A DNA stretch of 64,000 nucleotides. Origin: an uncultured Nitrospiraceae bacterium. Its GTDB lineage: Bacteria > Nitrospirota > Nitrospiria > Nitrospirales > Nitrospiraceae. Below are positions 46,901-55,798 of this stretch, piece by piece. Each line of letters opens with the position of its first letter. Positions within the stretch are counted from its first letter, which is position 1. The notes under the pieces were generated by a model that worked only from the letters and a program-made list of their open reading frames with translations, was not told the origin of the DNA and ran no database searches. The stretch spans positions 832,001-896,000 of the forward strand of contig CAWJWJ010000002.1 of NCBI GenBank assembly GCA_963846575.1, given 5' to 3'. The position numbers were made by a program, and so were the translations under genes.

Positions 46901-47139
46901 TCTGCCAGCGTGTTCGCCACGCCGCGCGCGAGCACGATGTCGGGATCATCGCCTGCCTGGTCCAGAGCGCGGGAAAAGGCCGACAGGGCATCAGGCCAGC
47001 GGCCTTCGTTCAAGGCATCCAACCCTTCGGCATAGGGGGCGACTCCCGACGCGGGCAACGCCAAGCCGAGAGGCACGGTGCCCAAAAAAGACACGGTCGC
47101 GAGAATGCTTGTGATCAGCAGGTAGCGGAGCGAGGCCAT
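43963..47139 (-). CDS. Large exported TPR-repeat protein (1058 aa)
   Basis: AAGGAGGT RBS; signal peptide; many TPRs (NPGDPDAHYQAG, YPEAYAGRA, DPKSLEAQ, DPEDARIPAYLG); beta-rich C-terminal domain. Confidence 0.85.
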   Translation of the reverse strand: MASLRYLLITSILATVSFLGTVPLGLALPASGVAPYAEGLDALNEGRWPDALSAFSRALDQAGDDPDIVLARGVANTLAENFPRAQKDLDRAQRLGLKGREAQLWLWATEAMSGTILVPDHALGGGPRSLNSGRPAVVSIPGHMAQGHDDYTTDYGSFIIYGLAMEYQKHRLPPDQGGSGNPNTLKGPQMRQALLKAGQLFAERNYRRPELASLNVSRAKHTSGGKTPDASMAHVERALAANPGDPDAHYQAGKAWLDAGRPASARHAFTTALALKSDYPEAYAGRATAAAQLGDEKRMAADLAVYQKGGWLSTRSARLAVEEQLGGNRVSGTTESLMKALRESARGGKPMEHLVAIASKLHRVMGGERRRYDELYQERLRVLDNAVRDNPKNPDTLVNLATYLIEEADNRGEHVEPRRELQPYRFQESREKELQRAIHIADQALALHAKHVGAMMQKALALTALKQYSQADKLADQAVGLAGNNPDALRLYAKFKAMRANQLSNEAWGLRQERCSSSSHDENRSDGIYRVTTTTCYPPSQADLNRAAQLEAMAAELRRRAKSALETAAKVTKGTVDGYLILADLALWDGKAAEAQGYLEQAVKLDPKSLEAQDRLVQHYAQTGQREKAEEQRLIAANLVQTTVAPLLRLAWTRMEKTAWQAATGYLARAQPIDPEDARIPAYLGVIHEADEKPEEASADYRIALALEEARLQLDERKPEAGAPLGRDALEFGLAIQTRLHLASIAEHNGNQDDALIHYLAVLGYEKRMSRGFESRQMFTAMWPDQTPEKGAVVMAPKNASTLVADAHLRTGKLLSAMGNHDESIEHLRAAAMYGPLRMAGMPQIGNAKGDTNFSGLAGAPAAEAQFYLAKELMTKGDPEGAQQVLYEAGRNLPDHLRGQLNELNMAMGRLHPRRPRDPYAGMGGEKRPYIDMQLQQDQERSRLAVRQMAPRARVVPEVVGRWKMTPNNQFLPEKTLTIEANAKFTLVSTDGTTSEGKMDVKIGRDPVRGRPEPSRGQMVLYDERSGQIGTMWYEFTSQDLMEITEMDSTRYATTRQR

Positions 47140-47472
47140 AAGACCTCCTTAGTCAGGGGGAGGGTAGGCAGCAAAGTGTAGACTCAGCGCCGCCTTCGTT
47201 CAAGTAGGAATGATGCGCGAGCCAGTAGAGGCTGATCTACCCCTGTATGCAGGGCTGGAGGTTGACGAAGCGCGAGTCAAGCCTGCCTGGCTCATCGGAG
47301 TGACAACCAAGCTGGTCATCGCGACCCTGCCGCTGTCATGGCCAGGTCGCGGGACTCTCGATGGAGCACTAGCGGAATACCTAGTGGAAGGAAGACATGA
47401 TCCGGGCCATTGTAAGAGAAGTAAAGAACGTGTCGTCACACGGTCGTGATGCACGTGATGCAAAGGAGAATT

Positions 47473-47937
47473 ATGAAAGGCTTGCCCCTGCCCCTCTGGC
47501 CCCGTTCCACCTTCGCCCTTCTGTTGCTCACGCTCTGCAGTGTGGGGACCAGTGCTGATGCTGGCGCAAGGTGGCAGATTCCCGTGGTTGACGTGACCGG
47601 CTCTCCGGCTGGTTTCGTGCTCCTCATCAAAGAACCAGTCCCTGCCGCCGACGATACGGGCCGGAATGTCCGGGACCGCGACGATCAGACGTTGACCCCC
47701 ATGGACCAGTCGAACGATCCGAAAGATCTGGAGTTGACGCGGGACATTCGCAAGGCGCTCATGGCCGACGACACGCTTTCCACGACAGCCCAGAATATCA
47801 AGATCATTACCAGCCACGGGAAAGTCACGCTCCGTGGCCCGGTCGCGACAGCGAAGGAGAAGGCGGTCATCGGCAAGAAAGCGCAGAAGCTCGCGAAAGG
47901 CCGCGTGGATAATCAACTCGAAGTGACAGTGCGATAA
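47473..47937 (+). CDS. BON-domain protein
   Basis: AAGGAG RBS; DTGRNVRDR...DQSN...IRKALMADDTLS..AQNIKIIT..GKVTLRGPV...VDNQLEV. Confidence 0.9.
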   Translation: MKGLPLPLWPRSTFALLLLTLCSVGTSADAGARWQIPVVDVTGSPAGFVLLIKEPVPAADDTGRNVRDRDDQTLTPMDQSNDPKDLELTRDIRKALMADDTLSTTAQNIKIITSHGKVTLRGPVATAKEKAVIGKKAQKLAKGRVDNQLEVTVR

Positions 47938-47969
47938 TTTGCGGTGATTCACACTCACGGAGGTATGTG

Positions 47970-48524
47970 ATGGCTAAAGCAGTATTCGGTATCGCGAACA
48001 GTGACGTGCAGGCGGAAACGATCGTTGACGCACTCAAGACGGCGGGCTTTAGCAACAATGATATCTCGGTACTCTTGCCCGACAAGGACGGCACGCGGGA
48101 TTTCGCGCACGAGAAAAATACAAAAGCTCCTGAAGGCGCTGCCACCGGCGCCGGCACAGGCGGAGTTGTGGGAGGCGTGCTCGGCTGGCTGGCCGGCATC
48201 GGTTCCTTGGCCATTCCAGGAGTCGGACCGTTTGTGGCCGCCGGACCGATCATGGCGGCGTTGAGCGGCGCAGCGGTGGGAACTGCCGTGGGAGGCCTGA
48301 CCGGCGCGCTCGTCGGACTCGGGATTCCGGAATTCGAGGCCAAGCGCTACGAAGGCAAACTCATGGCAGGCAACATTCTGATCTCCGTGCATTCGGAGAA
48401 CTCCGCGGAGACAGACAGGGCGGAGAAAATTTTCAAGCAGGCCAACGCCCAGGATATTTCCTCTGCGACGGAGAGCGGCGTCAAAAGGGATGATAAGGCT
48501 CCTGCACATCCCGGAATGTTTTAG
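47970..48524 (+). CDS. Glycine-zipper general stress protein (17M/DUF3341-like)
   Basis: GGAGGT RBS; AGFSNNDISVL, GATGAGTGGVVGGVLGWLAGIG..AIPGVGP, LVGLGIPEFEAKRYE. Confidence 0.85.
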   Translation: MAKAVFGIANSDVQAETIVDALKTAGFSNNDISVLLPDKDGTRDFAHEKNTKAPEGAATGAGTGGVVGGVLGWLAGIGSLAIPGVGPFVAAGPIMAALSGAAVGTAVGGLTGALVGLGIPEFEAKRYEGKLMAGNILISVHSENSAETDRAEKIFKQANAQDISSATESGVKRDDKAPAHPGMF

Positions 48525-48614
48525 CGCGCAACTGTTGCGGACTTTTTGCCGCGAGGAAGAACCGGGACGCAGGTTGCTCTTCGGGCTGAAGCGCGCAAGG
48601 GCGATCGCTGTTGC

Positions 48615-49121
48615 TCAAGAGGTGTGCGGCGGCCCCTGGACCCGCTCAAAGGTCCCAGTTCCGCATCCCAAGCCTCCGTACGTCATGCCGAAGAACCCGC
48701 AATAGGCTCCGGCCTTGAAGGCCCAGTCTCCGCGCGTGGCGCTCTCGACCCGCCCGTCATGTATGACGAAGGATACGTATTGTGATCCGACTGGAACCAT
48801 CGCCGGCAGGGGAATGACGACTACGAAGAGGACGAGACCGGACCATCGCAACCCGTCGGTCTTGTAGGTCCATTCTTCTTTTCCGTCCGGCCGGGCCAGC
48901 ACCTGGTCCGGCTCCCCCCATCCCGCGCGTAGATCGCTCGCGCTTGCATGCAGTCCCGGCCTCTCGCTGCTGCGAAGATCGAAGGACCCTCTGGCCTGAT
49001 TTATTGTCGGGCGATCGCTCGACTCGGTACGACTCCCCAGCGTCCAGGCCCCGACGCCCAGGCATCCTTGTAACGGCAACAGGACAGCCATCAACATGGC
49101 AATGCGTATGGACTTTTGCAT
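48615..49121 (-). CDS. Hypothetical lipoprotein
   Basis: MQKSIR...LQGC lipobox; WGEPD...EEWTY (SmpA/BamE-like motif); internal hydrophobic segment. Confidence 0.6.
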   Translation of the reverse strand: MQKSIRIAMLMAVLLPLQGCLGVGAWTLGSRTESSDRPTINQARGSFDLRSSERPGLHASASDLRAGWGEPDQVLARPDGKEEWTYKTDGLRWSGLVLFVVVIPLPAMVPVGSQYVSFVIHDGRVESATRGDWAFKAGAYCGFFGMTYGGLGCGTGTFERVQGPPHTS

Positions 49122-49437
49122 CGTCAACCCTTTCTTATCAGCTCTTATCAGCCGCCCGATCGCGCAGCGGTTCCCGCTCCCCTCACCAGGAATAGCCAGG
49201 CGAGCGGGAGCAGGCATGGATCGGCCCGCAGCCTATCCAGATCGCATCTCCAAAACAAGCGGCTTCGTGCCTGTTCAACCGATCTTGAAAGAATTGCTGT
49301 GTCGGTCCGGGCAGGGATCTCAGAGTGTTTCATGGATCTGTGCGCCCCATTCCTGTAAGCTGCCCTGGTGTGGCGAATCATGGCGCTCAGGAGCATGGGA
49401 CCCGCAATATTCGAACGGTGCCCCGCATCACTCGCTG

Positions 49438-52260
49438 ATGGGTAACATGGCATCCGATCCAACCCTGACAGATCTCAGCGTACCGGAAGGGAACCCGCCC
49501 GTCTCGAAAATCTCCTGGGCCCCTTTCACCCGGTTGAATCCACTCGTCCTTGCCACAGCGGTCCTCGCCTTGGCGACGGGTCTGCGCCTCGCGCTGACTT
49601 CTCTATGGGGTGCGGACTATATCTTCATCACGTACTATCCGGCGATCGTGGTGATCGCGCTCGCATCCGGTTGGCGGTATGGCATCGGCGCGACCTTGAT
49701 CGCGGCGGCGCTGTCCGCGGGGCTGCTGTTTGACGAGACATCCTCACTTCTTGAGCAAGCGATCGCCTTGACGGTGTTCGTGACCGCCAACATCATCATC
49801 ATCTCATTGGCCGAAGCCGTGACGCTGGCGCGCATGCGGGCACAGGAGGAGGCCCTCCTCGCGCGGGCCACAGAGGCACGATTGCGTCGCGAACTCCAAG
49901 TACGCGCCAGGGCGGAAGAGGCGCAACGCGCCAGCGAGCGGCAGATACAGTTCGTGACGGACCATGCACCGGTCTGCATTGCCCAGTGCGGAGCAGACGG
50001 CTGGTATCGGTTCGTCAATCAACAATATGGGAAATTGTTCGGGTGGAAACCCGAGGAGATCATCGGCCGGCATCCGCGCGAGGTGCTGGGAGAGGCGGTC
50101 TATGCGCAGGCGGTTCCGTTCATCCAGCAGGTACTCGCCGGTCGGCAGATCCAGTACGATCTGAAACTGCCTCGGGCGGGTTTCGCTGAACGCCTCCTCC
50201 AAGTTACCTATGCGCCGGAGCTGGCTGAGAGCGGCAGGGTGACCGGATTCATTGCGGCGATCGTTGATGTGACCGAGCGACAGCAGGCGGAGACGGCCCG
50301 CGCGACCCTTGCGGCCATCGTCAACTCTTCCGATGACGCCATCATCGGCAAGGATCTCTACGGGTTCATCACCAGCTGGAACCAGGGAGCTGAACGGATC
50401 TTCGGATACAGCCGGGAGGAGGCCGTCGGTCAGTCGGTGACCATCCTCATTCCGCCGGATCGCCTGCATGAAGAACCGCCGATCCTGGAAAAAATCCGGC
50501 GTGGCGAGGTCATTCAACATTACGAAACGGTGCGCCGCTGCAAGGATGGCAGGTTGCGCAACATTTCGTTGACGGTCTCCCCGATCAAGAACGATGAGGG
50601 GGTGATCGTGGGCGTGTCCAAAGTGGCGCGAGACATTACCGAGCGCAAGCGCGCCGAGGAGGCGCTGCGAGAAAGCGAGGCGCGGCATCGGGCCACGTTC
50701 GACAAAGCCGCGGTCGGCATTGCGCACGTCGGCTTGGATGGACGGTGGCTTCGTTTCAACGATGCGATGTGCACGATTACCGGCTACTCCCGCGAGGAAC
50801 TCGGGGCCAAGACCTTTCTCGATATCACCCATCCCGATGACGTCGATGCCGACTGGTCCGCCGCCCGTCGTTTGCGGAACGGTGAGATTGAAACCTATTT
50901 CCGGGAGAAGCGCTATATCCGACAGGACGGCACGGCGGTCTGGACCCATCTGACGGTGTCGCTGCAGCGTGATGCGCAGGGGCGCCCGCAAAACTTCATT
51001 TCGATCGTGCAGGACATTCAGAGTCGGAAAGAAGCGCAAGCGCAGATGCTCCGGCTGGCGGAGGATTTGGAACGGCGGGTCGAAGCACGCACCCGCGAAT
51101 TGGCTGTCTCGCAGGATAAGCTTCGCGCGTTGACGACCGATTTGAACCTGGCCGAGCATCGCATCAGGCAAAAACTCGCCACCGATCTGCATGATTATCT
51201 GGCGCAGCTCCTGGTCTTGAGCCGGATCAAACTCGGGCAGGCCAAGCTGGAAGAAGTGTCGCCGTCGGCGGCCCAAGCCATGACGGAAGTTCAGCAGGTT
51301 ATGGACCAGGCGCTGTCCTATACGCGCACGTTGGTCGCACAGCTCAGCCCGCCGGTTCTCAACGAGTTCGGCCTGCCCATGGCCTTACGATGGCTGGCGG
51401 ACCAGATGCAGCGGGAACTCACCGTCACCTTGGAATTGGAGACGGAGACGCTGTTGTTGCCTGAAGAGCAATCTGTGCTGCTGTTTCAATCGGTCCGGGA
51501 ACTCCTGATGAATATCGTGAAACACGCGGCGACGGCTGAAGCGAAGATCGTGGTGTCGCAGGTGGATGGAGCGCTGCGGATCACCGTGTCGGACCAAGGA
51601 GCCGGCTACGAGCTGGGGACGACGGAGACCGGCCTGGCGCCGGGATTTGGCCTGTTCAGCATTCGTGAGCGAATGAAAGCGCTCGGGGGAGAATTTGAGG
51701 TGCACTCCACCCCGGGAGTCGGCACGACGGCAACCCTGTTGTTGCCGATTGTTCACAGAGAGGTGTCGCGTGCCGAGTCGATCGGTGACGCCTGGGGAAG
51801 CTCCGCACCGAAAGCCGTCGCTGCTGCTGATGCGCTCGATGCGGGATCGCTTCATATCGCGCCGGCCACGACCTTCCTGCCCCCGCCCAAGGTGCGCGTC
51901 CTGTTGGTGGACGACCATCTCATGTTGCGCCAGGGGTTGCGGGCCATTGTGAACCGGCATGTGAGACTGGAAGTCATCGGGGAGGCGGCGGATGGTCTGG
52001 AGGCGATCGACCTGGCGAGGAGACTCAAGCCGGACGTAGTCGTGATGGACGTCAACATGCCGCGCTGCGACGGCATCGCCGCCAGCAAGCGCATCAAGGA
52101 GGAGTCGCCGCACATCGGGATCGTCGCGCTGTCCATGCACGACTCTCCCGAAATGATTGAGCGGATGATCCAGGCAGGCGCGTCCAACTATCTGACGAAG
52201 GAGAGCGCCGGCGAGCAGCTTTGCCACGCGATCGTCGAGGCGGCGGGTCACAATTCCTAA
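49438..52260 (+). CDS. Hybrid sensor kinase: DUF4118 TM region, three PAS domains, HisKA_3, HATPase, REC
   Basis: FITYYPAIVV TM region; SSDDAIIGKD..ITSWN; LATDLHDYLAQ H-box; NIVKHA, DQGAG, GFGLFSIRER; VLLVDDH...VVMDVNMP. Confidence 0.92.
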   Translation: MGNMASDPTLTDLSVPEGNPPVSKISWAPFTRLNPLVLATAVLALATGLRLALTSLWGADYIFITYYPAIVVIALASGWRYGIGATLIAAALSAGLLFDETSSLLEQAIALTVFVTANIIIISLAEAVTLARMRAQEEALLARATEARLRRELQVRARAEEAQRASERQIQFVTDHAPVCIAQCGADGWYRFVNQQYGKLFGWKPEEIIGRHPREVLGEAVYAQAVPFIQQVLAGRQIQYDLKLPRAGFAERLLQVTYAPELAESGRVTGFIAAIVDVTERQQAETARATLAAIVNSSDDAIIGKDLYGFITSWNQGAERIFGYSREEAVGQSVTILIPPDRLHEEPPILEKIRRGEVIQHYETVRRCKDGRLRNISLTVSPIKNDEGVIVGVSKVARDITERKRAEEALRESEARHRATFDKAAVGIAHVGLDGRWLRFNDAMCTITGYSREELGAKTFLDITHPDDVDADWSAARRLRNGEIETYFREKRYIRQDGTAVWTHLTVSLQRDAQGRPQNFISIVQDIQSRKEAQAQMLRLAEDLERRVEARTRELAVSQDKLRALTTDLNLAEHRIRQKLATDLHDYLAQLLVLSRIKLGQAKLEEVSPSAAQAMTEVQQVMDQALSYTRTLVAQLSPPVLNEFGLPMALRWLADQMQRELTVTLELETETLLLPEEQSVLLFQSVRELLMNIVKHAATAEAKIVVSQVDGALRITVSDQGAGYELGTTETGLAPGFGLFSIRERMKALGGEFEVHSTPGVGTTATLLLPIVHREVSRAESIGDAWGSSAPKAVAAADALDAGSLHIAPATTFLPPPKVRVLLVDDHLMLRQGLRAIVNRHVRLEVIGEAADGLEAIDLARRLKPDVVVMDVNMPRCDGIAASKRIKEESPHIGIVALSMHDSPEMIERMIQAGASNYLTKESAGEQLCHAIVEAAGHNS

Positions 52261-52470
52261 ACGGATGGAAGCGGTGCCGGAGGGCGGCTGGCAGCAGCGA
52301 ACAGTGAGGCGTCTCCAGGATGTCGCGATCGGTCGGCGAACTATTCCCACCGGCAACGGGGAAAGAGGAAGTTTCAGGGAGGGGAATCAACCGGCGTTTG
52401 ATCCGGTTCCGTCAGGCGGCGAACTCCGGCATTCGCGGCGCTTGCATCGCGCCGGCGTCTCTTCCCACCG

Positions 52471-52851
52471 TCAGTGCACGGTATTCTGTTGCTCCAGTTC
52501 CTGGGTAATGACGGTAAAAATCTTTTCGGGCACGAACTCTTTGGGCACGAAGGCGTTCGCGCCGACGGCCAGAAGAGCCGTCTCCACATCCCGGCTGGTA
52601 TGGCACGACATGCCGATGACGATCGTGTCCGGCAGGAGCGCCCGGATGCGCCGGGTAGCCTCGACCCCGTCCATACGCGCCATTCCGACGTCCATGAGAA
52701 CGACCTTCGGCCGAAGCGTCTGGGCCAGCTGAGCGGCGGCGATTCCGTCGGCTGCTTCGCCGACCACGCGGAACCCGGGCCGTTTATTTAAAATCGTCCG
52801 TAACGTTTCCCTGAGCTGCAGATTATCATCGACCACCAGAATTTCGACCAT
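52471..52851 (-). CDS. Single-domain NarL-type receiver protein
   Basis: AAGGAGGT RBS; ILVVDD, VVGEAADG, VLMDVGM, FVPK; no output domain. Confidence 0.9.
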   Translation of the reverse strand: MVEILVVDDNLQLRETLRTILNKRPGFRVVGEAADGIAAAQLAQTLRPKVVLMDVGMARMDGVEATRRIRALLPDTIVIGMSCHTSRDVETALLAVGANAFVPKEFVPEKIFTVITQELEQQNTVH

Positions 52852-53419
52852 GGGTGACCTCCTTCGAATAAGGCAGAAGGCTGCAGTACTTACGCTAACA
52901 TAAGTTTGCGGTGACGCGAATCAAATTGCAGAAGTCGCCGGGGGTTCCCGACCGGCTCGTTCTTGACGCCCGCACAGGCTCCGTGTAGGGTCGCCTCATG
53001 GCTGCCTGAGGTGACTGCTCGCATCGACTCCCGGATCGGCTTTCATGTCCCGGACCATGGTAATGTTTCTATTTGCTGCGGCGGCGGCGGCCGGATGGTC
53101 CGGCTCGGCACAAAGCCCGTGCGGGAAACAGCTGCGCGCCTCTCCGGAGAATTATCAGCGGGGTCTCGACAATGCCACCGGCCAGCAGGATAAGATGGGT
53201 TATGGCGATAATCAGAAGGCGCGAGCGGAGACCAGTGAAGACGGACTCGGTAACGTGAGAACAGCCCGGAACGCGGGGTGGCCGTTGGCCGGAGAAGGAT
53301 CCGCGCCCTGATCCATGACGCCGTGAGGCGCCGGTCTGAGCGGACCCCGGGTGGTCACCCGCTAGCCTTTGAAATGTTTGAAAGAGCGGCGTCTGAATGC
53401 GAGAGGAGAACGAACGCAG

Positions 53420-54685
53420 ATGGGAATGAGTCAACAACGACCGGTCGTGGCCATCCTCGTCGGAGGCGGGCCGGCGCCGGGCATCAATAGCGTGATCGGC
53501 GCAGCCACCATCCGGAGCATACTGGGCGGCTGCGACGTCATCGGCATCAGGGACGGCTTCAGGTGGATCATGGAGGGCGACACGAGCAAAGTCAGGCCCC
53601 TGTCGATCGAAGCCATCAGCCGGATCCATTTCAGCGGCGGATCCTGCCTCGGGACGGCGCGGGCGAATCCTACGCAAAAAATCGAGAGCCTGGATGCCTG
53701 CCTCGCGTCCCTTGCCAGACTCGGCGTCACGAGGCTGATCACCATCGGAGGGGACGATACGGCCTTTTCCGCGCTCAAACTGGAGCAGCGGGCCGCCGGT
53801 CGGCTCCAGGTCGTGCATGTGCCGAAAACCATCGACAACGATCTGGATCTGCCGCATGGCATTCCCACATTCGGGTTTCAAACCGCACGCCACATCGGGG
53901 TCGAGCTCGTGAAGAGTCTGATGGTGGATGCGGAGACGACCTCGCGCTGGTATTTCATCGTCACGATGGGTCGCAAGGCGGGACATCTGGCCCTGGGGAT
54001 CGGCAAGGCCGCCGGCGCGACGCTGACGCTGATTCCTGAAGAGTTCCGGCACAAGCCCATTCGCTTGACCACCCTGGTGGATATCCTGGCCGGTGCGATC
54101 ATCAAACGCCTCGGTGCGGGGAGGTCGGACGGCGTCGCGGTGCTGGCGGAAGGCCTGGTTGAAATCCTTGATCAGAAGGATCTGGAGGGATTGGAGGATG
54201 TGGAACGTGATCAGCATGGCCATGTGCGGCTGGCGGAGATCAACTTCGGATTTGTGCTCAAGCGGGCAGTGGAAAAGGCGCTGCGATCGCTCGGCGTCAA
54301 AATGACGGTCGTCGACAAAAACATCGGCTACGAGCTCCGCTGTGCGGACCCTATTAGCTTTGACATGGAATACACGCGTGATCTCGGGTACTGCGCGGCG
54401 CAGTTCCTGCTGGAGGGCGGAAATGCGGCGATGGTGTCGATCCAGAACGGTCGGTTCATCCCGATCCCGTTTGCGGAGATTTTAGATCCCGCGACAGGCC
54501 GCACCAGAGTGCGCATGGTGGACGTCGAGTCGGAGTCCTACGTGATCGCCCGTCGATACATGATTCGCCTCTCCCCGGATGACCTGAGCCAGCCGGAAGA
54601 TCTGGCTCGCCTCGCGACCAGCGCCGGATTGTCACCGGACGACTTTCGCAAGCGGTTCGAGTACCTGACGTCGCAGAACCTGTGA
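53420..54685 (+). CDS. pfp: Pyrophosphate-dependent 6-phosphofructokinase
   Basis: GGGPAPGIN, GGDDT (Asp diagnostic of PPi use), PKTIDNDL, MGRKAG, GYELRCA. Confidence 0.88.
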   Translation: MGMSQQRPVVAILVGGGPAPGINSVIGAATIRSILGGCDVIGIRDGFRWIMEGDTSKVRPLSIEAISRIHFSGGSCLGTARANPTQKIESLDACLASLARLGVTRLITIGGDDTAFSALKLEQRAAGRLQVVHVPKTIDNDLDLPHGIPTFGFQTARHIGVELVKSLMVDAETTSRWYFIVTMGRKAGHLALGIGKAAGATLTLIPEEFRHKPIRLTTLVDILAGAIIKRLGAGRSDGVAVLAEGLVEILDQKDLEGLEDVERDQHGHVRLAEINFGFVLKRAVEKALRSLGVKMTVVDKNIGYELRCADPISFDMEYTRDLGYCAAQFLLEGGNAAMVSIQNGRFIPIPFAEILDPATGRTRVRMVDVESESYVIARRYMIRLSPDDLSQPEDLARLATSAGLSPDDFRKRFEYLTSQNL

Positions 54686-54745
54686 TCTCTCAATGATGGA
54701 TCGGCAGACAGAGGATGCTGATAGCCGGATTGGGTTATCGAGTTG

Positions 54746-55696
54746 ATGGTTGATCCCACCCCTGACAGTGAGATTCATCTCTCCTTTGAAAACCAGCGGG
54801 CTGTTGTGTCTCCCTGGGGGGCCGCCTTACGCCGGTATTCTTTGCTGGAGGCAGAGGGCAGCGAAACCGACGTGGTCTGGGGCTATTCCGGAGGCGGACA
54901 AAAGAGGGGCGGGCAGGGGGATGTCCTCATTCCCTTTCCGGGACGCGTTGCGGAGGGCCGCTACTCGTTCGACGGACGGACCTTTCAGCTCGAACGAAAC
55001 GACAAGGAGGGGCCGAATGCCATTCACGGATTTGTCCGTACCTTGCCCTGGGCGGTGCGCGATCTACAACCGGCTGGCGTCACCTTCGAGGTGACGCTCG
55101 ATGCCGACGCCTATGGACGACGGGGATATCCCTTCACACTGGCCATCAGCGTGAGCTATAGCCTGCAGCAGGAGGGTCTGGCCTGCTCATTTTCCCTGCG
55201 GAATGCCGGCCGGCCGGCAGCGCCGGTCGGGGTCGGCTTTCACCCCTATTTCACGGTCGGCACGGCGCGCATCGACGAAGCCGAAGCCAGGATCCCCTGC
55301 GCAGGGTATCTGGAATTCAATGATCGGCTCGCGCCGACGGGCGCCGTTCTGGATGTGGCTGAAACGGAATGGGACTACCGTCGGTATCGCAGGATCGGCG
55401 TCCGCCGGTTCAATCACTGTTATGTGAATCTGGAGCGCGATGCGGAGGGGATGGCTACCGCTTCTCTACGGCATGAGGGGTCCGGTCGGGCGATCGACAT
55501 CGTGATGGACCGGTCATTCTCCGCTGTCGTGGTCTACACCGGAGATGCCATTGCCGACGTTCCCCGACGGGCATTGGCCATTGAACCTATGACCTGTGCG
55601 ACTGACGCCTTGAACCATCCCGAGTGGGGTTTGAAGCGGCTCCTCCCCGCAGAATCCTTCGCCGGCCGTTACCTGGTCAGACCGGGCCGGACGTAA
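54746..55696 (+). CDS. Aldose 1-epimerase family protein
   Basis: LIPFPGRV, NAIHGF, GYPF, GFHPYF, AIEPMT. Confidence 0.9.
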   Translation: MVDPTPDSEIHLSFENQRAVVSPWGAALRRYSLLEAEGSETDVVWGYSGGGQKRGGQGDVLIPFPGRVAEGRYSFDGRTFQLERNDKEGPNAIHGFVRTLPWAVRDLQPAGVTFEVTLDADAYGRRGYPFTLAISVSYSLQQEGLACSFSLRNAGRPAAPVGVGFHPYFTVGTARIDEAEARIPCAGYLEFNDRLAPTGAVLDVAETEWDYRRYRRIGVRRFNHCYVNLERDAEGMATASLRHEGSGRAIDIVMDRSFSAVVVYTGDAIADVPRRALAIEPMTCATDALNHPEWGLKRLLPAESFAGRYLVRPGRT

Positions 55697-55798
55697 ACTG
55701 CTCCCGGAAAATCTTCCTGCTGGGCTTTGCACGCCGCCGCCTGCATCGCAGCGATAGATCCCTTTGCTCAGCCACAGGTCTTGGCGATGCCAGCTCCG

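Noticed and set aside
49096..49437. N-terminal 114 aa of the hybrid kinase ORF
   Set aside because: Overlaps the divergent lipoprotein gene start and looks non-coding; the start is more likely at 49438 or 49447
49804..51276. 490-aa minus-strand ORF
   Set aside because: Antisense shadow of the hybrid kinase
53045..53311. 88-aa ORF with a signal-peptide-like Ala run
   Set aside because: No RBS or recognisable domain; could be a real microprotein or remnant but is unsupported
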